Source: Octopus bimaculoides (lineage: Eukaryota). Taken from it: a stretch of DNA of 32,226 nt. The translations under genes were made by a program, and so were the position numbers. The stretch covers positions 67,496,588-67,528,813 of the forward strand of contig NC_068986.1 in assembly GCF_001194135.2 (NCBI RefSeq). Reading direction: 5' to 3'. The notes beneath the pieces were generated by a model. It did not search any database. It was given only the letters and a program-made list of their open reading frames with translations, and was not told the origin of the DNA. How positions within the stretch are numbered: position 1 is the first letter of the stretch; each line of letters begins with the position of its first letter. Positions 24,036 through 32,226 of this stretch are shown piece after piece.

Positions 24036-24801
24036 ATATATATATATAGATATATAAATATATACATGTATATACATATATATTTTTATATCTATCTATC
24101 TATATATATATATGCATGTACATAAATATATACATACATAATATATATGTATATATATATACATGCATATATATATATACGTATACATACCTACATACAT
24201 ACATATATACATACATATATGCATACATACACACATATATACATACATACATGCATATACAGTTTTCCATCTACGGAGTTTATCGAACAAACTTTGATTT
24301 TTGTAATAGGTAATTTTTGTGCTGTGCATGTTGTTTGAACTTGGAATCAGGTTTGTAACGCGTACGTCTTAGCCATATAGCCATGCTTTGATTAGGTATC
24401 CTATGATAATTTAATGATAATATGGTATAAGTTTTATGGGTGCTGAATAAGACTTGTCTTCTACGAAGTAGTGTAATAATTTGTAGTGACAATGATCATA
24501 TTGTTGCCTGAAAAAGGAACCGACAGTTTTAAGATGAAACCATGTGCATAGATTTAGAAGAGCTCTTCAGTTGCATGACTTATCCTGGTACCCTCTAAAC
24601 ATATATAGTGTTTGCATTGTTTAAATAAAAATAACAAATTTATGGAATCTTAGATCAAAAGCAAAATTAAAAGATAATATTACAATTAGTGTAATGTTAC
24701 TATCAGAAATGTTAAACTTCCTCTGTAGCACCATTTCATACGAAGGCTTTTTTGTAGATACATGATAGAGCTTTGTTATAGATTCGAAAGCCAATAAAGA
24801 C

Positions 24802-24877
<76 letters not shown>

Positions 24878-24880
24878 ATA

Positions 24881-25008
24881 AAGTTCCCTTATAGTCAGAC
24901 CATCTTCATAAATTTTAATTTTATTTCGATTGCGATTGTTCAGTTTAAAATTTCTTTCGACCACTCTGGAAGGTTTTGAAATTATATGACTAAAACGAAA
25001 TCAAATGC
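24881..25008 (+). repeat. ~125-bp direct repeat, copy 1 (copy 2 at 25618-25739)
   Basis: aagttcc(c)ttatagtcaga...ccactctggaagg...ttatatgactaaaacgaaat.aaatgc present in both. Confidence 0.9.
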
Positions 25009-25342
25009 AAATTTTTAGATGTTTTTAAATCTAATTTTCATATTACTTATTTTGGAGGCACCAAATACAGTATTACGAAAAATAAAAGAAAATCAAATAA
25101 CAGGAACTCAGATACCTCACACATATGCTGGTTTTTAAGTTATCACAATAGCAGCCATATTTAATGATTGCAACTAGACAGCGTTTGTATTTCTTAATAC
25201 ACAATATCCTTTATCCCCGATGTTCAAACAAGATTTAATTTCATTTCTTTGTCTCATAAAAGGTTATCAAATTTATATGCTGCTTCCAAATGAAAAACAT
25301 TTATATTAATAAGGATGTATTCAATTCTGTGTGCAAAAGAAA

Positions 25343-25343
25343 A

Positions 25344-25396
<53 letters not shown>

Positions 25397-25495
25397 TTGC
25401 TGCTGCTGCTACTGCTACTGCTACTACTAATGATGATGATGACGACGACGAGGAGGAGCAGCAGCAGCAGCAGCAGGAAGAGGAAGAGGAGGAAA
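25343..25495. repeat. Compound trinucleotide tract (ACT)(GCT)(GAT)(GAC)(GAG)(CAG)(GAA/GAG)
   Basis: Direct reading; source of the homopolymeric ORFs at 25254-25611. Confidence 0.95.
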
Positions 25496-25546
25496 TGGTG
25501 GTCGAGGAAAAGAAGGACACCAAATTCAACAACAATGATTTCATTG

Positions 25547-25611
25547 ATTATTTACATTCTTTACATTATTTACATTTGACGGATATTTGTCCTCATCTTG
25601 TTTGTTGTTAA
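25547..25611 (-). repeat. Inverted 65-bp copy of the family D SINE tail (26040-26104)
   Basis: Reverse complement matches with 2 mismatches. Confidence 0.92.
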
Positions 25612-25743
25612 GTTGTTAAGTTCCTTATAGTCAGAGCATCTTCAGAAATTTTAATCTTATTGCGATTTGTTAGTTTAAAATTTCTTTCAACCACTCTGGA
25701 AGGATTTTGAAATTATATGACTAAAACGAAATGAAATGCCGAC

Positions 25744-25814
25744 GGGCATATGGCGTAGTGGTTAAAAGCGCGGGCTACTAACCTCAAGATTCAAAGTTCG
25801 ATTCCAGCCAGTGA

Positions 25815-25862
<48 letters not shown>

Positions 25863-25896
25863 CAACAACAATAATTATAACGATAATATTATTATT

Positions 25897-25934
<38 letters not shown>

Positions 25935-26129
25935 CAGCAACAACAACATCGAAAAACACCTTAGGAATGAGAACCCAGGTTTGAAATTTCCCCAAGACAC
26001 CTGATGAAAGCTGGAGGGTATATCAGCCGAAACGTTGAGTTAACAACAAACAAGATGAGGACAAATATCCGTCAAATGTAAATAATGTAAACAATGTACA
26101 TAATTTCACATCTCTTAAATATAGAACTG
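25744..26129 (+). mobile_element. tRNA-headed SINE-like element, family D: tRNA head, internal (AAT/AAC)n, hammerhead-like body
   Basis: A box TGGCGTAGTGG 25751-25761; B box GTTCGATTCC 25796-25805; no proper tRNA 3' acceptor strand; microsatellite 25820-25950; CTGATGA...GAAACGT at 26001-26035. The 3' boundary is approximate. Confidence 0.75.
25996..26041 (+). ncRNA. Minimal hammerhead-like motif inside the family D SINE (two mismatches in this copy)
   Basis: GACAC CTGATGA A aGCTG-gagggtatat-CAGCc GAA ACGT T GaGTT. Confidence 0.6.
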
Positions 26130-26223
26130 AAAGATTTTATTGTTAAGAAATAATAAACATAATATCTAGCTTTTGTTTCGAAGAAGATAACTAAACACAG
26201 TATATGTCTTAAATGGAGATAAT

Positions 26224-26956
26224 TTCAAGATATGGAAGTGGGCCACATCTCGGTTAAGTTTTGTGATTCGTTCATCCTATGATGTTTTGCCATCACCTGT
26301 CTCAGAGAATGACATATGCAAATGCTGAAAGGTCGGAGCACTGAAACATATTCTTTCCGACTGTTCATTAACATTGAACAGGTACACATGGAGACACAAC
26401 CTGGTCCTTAAGGTTATCTTCAATGCTATAAAGAACCAAATTGATCTCAACAACAGTGAGAAAAAACCGTTGAAAGTACCAACTAGGGTCAACGGATCCG
26501 TTTCAAGAAGAATAAGAAACGTCCTGTGAGAGATGAAAATTGGTAACTGCAGATCTACCAGGGTGCCAGGGATTCTTTTCCATTCCAGTTACAAAAAAAA
26601 AACCGGACATTTTAATGTGGTGTGCAGGAAAGAAAGTTGTAAATCTAGTCGAGTTAACGGTTTCTCATGAAGATAACATGGACGCCGCTCGGGCTCGAAA
26701 GATTGACCGTTATGTAAACCTCCTCCAAGAATGTGAAGACGCATGTTGGAAAGCGGAGAATTTTCCAATCGAAGTCGGATGTAGAGGGTTTATTGGACAC
26801 AGTGTGAGACGACTGTTGATATCGTTAAGCCTAACTCATCGTAAGGTAAATACTACCATAACTAATATCCAAACTACAGTGGAGAAGGCTAGCCATTGCA
26901 TTTGGTTAAACAGAGACGATGAGCGATGGCTAGAGCTATATTTGATAACCAGTTGA
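26224..26956 (+). mobile_element. 5'-truncated HERO-like RLE-clade non-LTR retrotransposon (zinc knuckle plus restriction-like endonuclease)
   Basis: IWKWATSRLSFVIRSSYDVLPSP..C.C*..GALKHILSDC..LNRYTWRHNLVL, then KPDI..ELTVSHEDNM..RKIDRY..FPIEVGCRGF..VEKASHCIWL; GC-richer putative 3' UTR to about 27150. The HERO clade call is from motif recall. Confidence 0.85.
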
Positions 26957-28130
26957 TCTAGCAAGCGGGGCTTCATATCAGTGAGGCGGGCGGGTATGCA
27001 TTTATGCCGTCGAGAGGTAGGCCCCGAAACGGCGCGCATTCTCTTCTGATAACCCCATACACTTGCTGGCTTCCGGTATGCGGAGTTCTCGACTGGTAAC
27101 ACTTGCATGTAGAAGTTGTTTGCAAGACATCTAGGGACTTTCAAAATTAACTGACGTGATTCAGCTGAAAGTGACATTAGCTACACACAAGGAACAACTA
27201 ATAACGTCTATTAGACACTCAACATTATCCTGCATAATCAGCTGATATAAGTGTTTATGTTATAGGAAACTGATTACGAATAGTATGTTTATTGATAGAA
27301 TTTGCATTACAAACATTAGAATAAGGAGAATAACTTATACAAATGCCATGAACATAGTTAAAGAGATATCTTATAGTTTGTTGTTAACGTTGTTATTGTA
27401 TTGTTAGCTTATATGGGAATGTATTGAAGTTTGAATAGATTGCTGTTTTAAGTAAAAATCGAGTGTTTATCCGTGTTGGTAAAATACTTTATATTTCAAT
27501 TAATTTCAGCTTTTACATCCTGATTATATCAACTATTTGTTTCATATATAGTAAATTTATATTGAGAAAGTAAAGGCTCCTTAATTTCAGAAAAGTTCAT
27601 GGCGCTGAAAACATCAAAAAGAACTGACTTTGAGCAACAAAGTTTGAAGTCAAATTGATTTATCGTATTTCAAAATATTTAAGACCATTTTGCCATCGAG
27701 AATCGAATAAGGAAAGAAAAACAGCCAATGCGATATATAGATAATCTAAAATTTCTTTTTGTAGCTTCTTTTACTCTTATCAGGACGATACAAAAGTGCA
27801 CAAATAATATTCATTGTAAATAACTATAGTATGAAATAGTTTAGCGCCACTAACAACTGAAGAATCCTGAAATCTGACATATTATTGCTTAATAATTACC
27901 TGAAAATATGAGTTTTGCTTCATGAGTTATTTATACAAGCTTATCTATTAATAAAAAAGTTAATTTTCTATTTAGACTCAACCTCTAAATCTCTTTCACG
28001 AGAAAAGAATTAGATTGTATGTTCCAAATAAAACTACTAAACAAACAAATTAAAAGAGTACGTTATAGCATGAAACATGGTATTTTCTACTGCCTATACT
28101 GCATTCAGTACTAATGTTATTTCTTGACAA

Positions 28131-28332
28131 GCAGTGAGCAGGTAGAATCGGTAGGATGCCAGACAAACTGCGTAGTAGTAATTCGTTCGTCTTTATGTTC
28201 TGAATTCAATGATACCGAGGTTGACTTTGCATTTCATTATTTTGAAGTCGATAAAATAAGTTGCAGTTGAGAATTGGAGTCGATGTAATTGACTAGTTAT
28301 CTCATCTCCCTTAAAATTTCGTTCTGTGCAAT
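28131..28332 (+). mobile_element. Diverged full-length SINE family B
   Basis: gcagtgagcaggtagaatcgg...gttctgaattcaa...gaggttgactttgcatttcat...gtcgataaaataag...gagtcgatgtaattgact. Confidence 0.8.
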
Positions 28333-28532
28333 TCCTCAGCACCATATTGCTAGTACATGGAATCACCCCGCTTACATTTTCCTGGAAAGACATCATAAAG
28401 ATGTTCTAATTAGGTATGTAGTGAAAGGACCACATGATAAAAAAAAAATGAAAATTATATGAAAAAACTCTGTGCTTTTACTAATATATATGTACATCTA
28501 CACACACACATACGCCAACACACACAAACACG

Positions 28533-28564
<32 letters not shown>

Positions 28565-28729
28565 GAGACACACACATAATAATTTCCACAAGTCGCGTAA
28601 AAACGAATAAAATAATTCTAAGTACAAATTAGCTGATGTCGTTACTTTCTGCAGGTGTTAAATCTCACTTGATTAATCTGTGTGTGGCTACGTGCGTGTC
28701 GCTCTCTGTATATATGCGTATGTATTTAT

Positions 28730-28823
28730 TTATGTATGTATGCATGTATGTAAGTATGTATGTATGTATGTATGTATGTATGTATGTACGTACGTATGTA
28801 TGTATGTATGTATGTATGTATGT

Positions 28824-28878
<55 letters not shown>
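28730..28878. repeat. Compound tetranucleotide (TATG)n(TAGA)n
   Basis: Direct reading. Confidence 0.95.
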
Positions 28879-29407
28879 TATAGTTAGATATGAAAGAGAG
28901 AATTTTCTTATGAACGACGCAAACAAGGCAATAAATAACAGAATTGCATAATACATATATTAGGATTACGCTGCAATCTCGGAAGGTCATTACGTTTAAG
29001 GCAGTTTCTTTGAAGTAATGAAGTTTAAAAGCGAAAGTTAGAAAGAGGGAAAGGGGGAAAATGCCAAGGTCGAAGCATGTGTGTGTTAGTTCATCATCAT
29101 GTTAGTATATGCAACAGATTCAGAAAAGAGTGTAATAGGACTTGTTTATATTTTCCATAGTGTGTGTAAATTGTCTGTGTACGTTTATCCGTGTATCATT
29201 TTGCATGGTATATGCATGTTGTGGTTTATAGCAAGCGTTTAAGAGATGTGAGAGACTAAATCTTTGAATTTTTAATGCAGTTATTCTAGTGTACTTTGGT
29301 AAGATACATAGTCGTATGTTTCATCACAGAGGCACAAATCAAACCTGATCTTTACAGATTACTCTTTATCCAACTACATAAGAATTGCTTACATATATAA
29401 ATACACA

Positions 29408-29489
<82 letters not shown>

Positions 29490-29948
29490 AATGTGTATTC
29501 AAGTAAATATCATGTCTTTTATGAAATTTTGTGGCCAGCGCAAAAACAAACAAAAAACTACTGTTATATCTTCCATGCACACAAAGAAGAACGTTGACTT
29601 CAATCGTACAGGCTTATACATCGCTGTGCTAGTTATTCGCCTCTATTCGCGTAGAAATTCGTAGTTCCATTCTTATTTATAGATACGTAATGCAGTGGCT
29701 GCAGTAAAGGAATTGGATTGGCTTATTATATTTTAGATAACTATTGTAAACTACCAGCTGTAAGAAATATCAGCCAGCTAGAATCTGAACCGTCATTTAT
29801 CTTTGCATAGAACCTACTTCGTTCAATTGAAGCTATTTGTCCAATTGTAAAACACCTTTCTGCGCTTTAGTATTTACCTGGAAAGTAATGCACTCCATCA
29901 GAATTTGGAATATATATGCGCATATACGTACATTTCCTTATTAAAGTA

Positions 29949-29986
<38 letters not shown>

Positions 29987-30694
29987 TATACAATAGTTTA
30001 CAAGATCATAGCATAAGCTATAAAACATTGTGCTACATCTGAGTGTGATATTGAGACACATATGATGCTGAAAATTTAGTTCAATACTTTTTCCGAAATA
30101 TATTGATGAAAAAGAAAACTTATAATTTTGCATGGCATTTTCTAGTACAGTATTTATAATTGTTTCTCGGAGTACTGTGTAGCCCTGCCAAGAAATACAT
30201 ACCTGGTAGTAGGATTGTTATGGAAAGTAATATCAATTCAAAAGACTTGCAGTTGGTAAAGAAGCATATTATTGGCAACATTTCTATCAAAACCAATTCT
30301 ATTATCACTTAACTTAGCGATAATAATAAAACAGGTTGTTACGACAACTATTAAGTTGTTGTAAGTAGTTATTCGAGGGAACTTTGCCAGACATGGTCCA
30401 GAGCTCAAATCAATTTCATCTTACTGAAAATGTTGAATGTATGTCTTATTCTGGGAAAAAGAAAAAATATAACTATTACAATTGTAAGCAACACTAATTG
30501 TGGAATCTCCAATATTTAACAAGTATATAAGCATTAAAGCAAATCCAATCACATACAAATGTCATTATCAGAAGTTCAACAGTCAAGAAACTTAAACATT
30601 TCTCAGGCCACAATTTGGCATGCGTAGACAATAGATAAAGCAAAAGAACTCCGGCTTTGAATCAGAGATTTTGTGATTTATATTCAGGCAGTCA

Positions 30695-31067
30695 TTATTA
30701 CCTCCACCTTAGTAAAGGCGTAGCTATTGATTTCAGTCGTGTTTGTTTGTTTGTCCGTGGACAAGATATCTCAAGAACCGCTGGATGGATTCGGATGAAA
30801 CTTTCAGGGATGATTGGCCGTGTGACTGGCACGAACTGATTATATTTCAGGATCGATTCGATACCGTACAAGGATTTTGGATTATTTTGCCGTGTTCTTT
30901 TTTTTTTTACTTAATTTTCGAAAAGTGTCAGGTTCGTTCTTAGTATTCTCGTTTTAGAGCACTCGAGTTTATTTTATTATTCTCATTATAAAAATCATAT
31001 CGGCTAATCATTGAGAGGACAATGGTCTTGCGTTGGCGGAGGTTTGCACTCTCTGAGTGCTCTTGTT
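30695..31067 (+). mobile_element. Non-autonomous Helentron-associated (HINE/DINE-1-like) rolling-circle element
   Basis: 5' ttattACCTCCACC (30700-30708) pairs with 3' GGCGGAGGT (31035-31043); 3' hairpin GCACTC-tct-GAGTGC (31046-31060); internal (GTTT)n; T-rich end. Confidence 0.85.
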
Positions 31068-31269
31068 AAGATTTTTATTGTGTTGTGTGGTTATTACCAC
31101 ATAAATACAGCATTCTTATACTTACATACTTTGTTCAACTTCTGGCTGTCGTTATTTCATTGAAATATTTTTACTCATCAGCCGTATTATAAGCAATGCA
31201 ATGGGCATGCATCTCTCTCTCTCTTTCTCTCTCTCTCCGATCTCTCCCTGTTTGTAGCTTTTTTTCTCT

Positions 31270-31686
31270 CTTGTTATTCTTTTATTCTTTTACTCTTTTA
31301 CTTGTTTCAGTCATTTAACTGCGGCCATGCTGGAACGCCATCTTGAAGGATTTTAATCGAACAAAGCGACCCGGGGATTTATTCTTTGTAAGCCTAGTAC
31401 TTATTCTATCATTCTCTTTTGGCGAACCACGAAGTTGCAGAGACGTAAACACACCAATATCGGTTGTCAAGCGACAGCGGGGGGGGGGGGACAAACACAG
31501 ACACACAAATACATATATATATACGATGGGCTTCTTTCACTTTCCGTCTACCAAATCCACTCACAAGGCTTTGGTCAGCCCGAGGCTATTGTAGAAGACA
31601 CTTGCCCAAGGTGCTACACTCAGTGGGACTGAACCGGAACCATGCGGTTGGTAAGCAAGCTACTTACCACACAGCCACTCTTGCAC
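31270..31686 (-). mobile_element. Full-length SINE family A
   Basis: Minus strand: ggctgtgtggtaagtagc (A box), ggttcagtccc (B box), ccttgggcaagtgtcttc (CORE), internal TA/TG microsatellite, tail gcatggccgcagttaaatgactgaaacaagtaaaagag. Confidence 0.9.
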
Positions 31687-31840
31687 CACTGTATATATAT
31701 ATTACGGAGATGCACTTGCATAGCAAGCGGTCTGATCTGAGATCGTGTGCTGGAACGAAAACAATTGCGGCGTGGAAGGTGTTTATAAGCCATTTAAGAA
31801 ACACACAAAAGCCGTTAGATTCACTTCAACATTTAAATTT

Positions 31841-31896
31841 AATTTGCTAAAATATTTTCGTCGCTTTGATACCGCGACCTGTTCACTGACAAAATT
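31841..31896 (-). ncRNA. Hammerhead-like motif with a swapped G3:C8 core, in a short repeat (~31700-31900, family E)
   Basis: Minus strand: aattttgtca GTGAACA G GTCGC-ggtatcaaa-GCGAC GAA AATATT T tagcaaatt. Confidence 0.5.
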
Positions 31897-31932
31897 CAAT
31901 GGTACATCTGAGAAAGTAACAGTTAGTTCATG

Positions 31933-31963
<31 letters not shown>

Positions 31964-32187
31964 TGTATACATGTATGTGCGTATGCATTTGTGTACATGG
32001 GTGTGCATGCCTATACGAATGTATATATGTATGTATGTATGTATGTACGTATGTACTTATGGATGTACGCGAGTAATTAGGTAAGTGTGTAGACGTGTCT
32101 CTGTGTGTACATGTATATGTACATGTGAACGTATCTTTATGTACATACGTGTGTGTGTCTATATATATGTATATGCATATGTGTGTC

Positions 32188-32218
<31 letters not shown>

Positions 32219-32226
32219 ACAACTTT

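Noticed and set aside
25744-25816. Functional tRNA gene
   Set aside because: It has A and B boxes but no proper acceptor stem, and it runs straight into a microsatellite and SINE body; it is a SINE head.
26965-27040. Hammerhead in the HERO 3' UTR (ggggc...gccccGAAAC)
   Set aside because: No CUGANGA-like core precedes stem II and no stem I can be formed.

Overview
AT-rich, microsatellite-dense animal non-coding DNA with eight assembly gaps. The SINE families and repeat landscape point to a cephalopod, probably Octopus (inference). I cannot support an intact host protein-coding gene, and most ORF-track entries are microsatellite or N-gap artefacts. Recognisable content is decayed mobile elements: R4/Dong-like and HERO-like RLE LINE ends, a Tx1/L1-clade LINE, an internally deleted mariner, a Penelope-like GIY-YIG remnant, a Helentron-type non-autonomous element and three tRNA-derived SINE families. 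The most interesting signal is five hammerhead-ribozyme-like motifs in four different short repeat families, all with a palindromic minimal stem III. They include a near-canonical one inside a 520-bp-period, terminally redundant retrozyme-like element, one with a compensated G3:C8 core, and one inside a tRNA-headed SINE whose inverted tail fragment begins about 3 nt from the predicted cleavage site. All structures were paired by eye; none has been tested.
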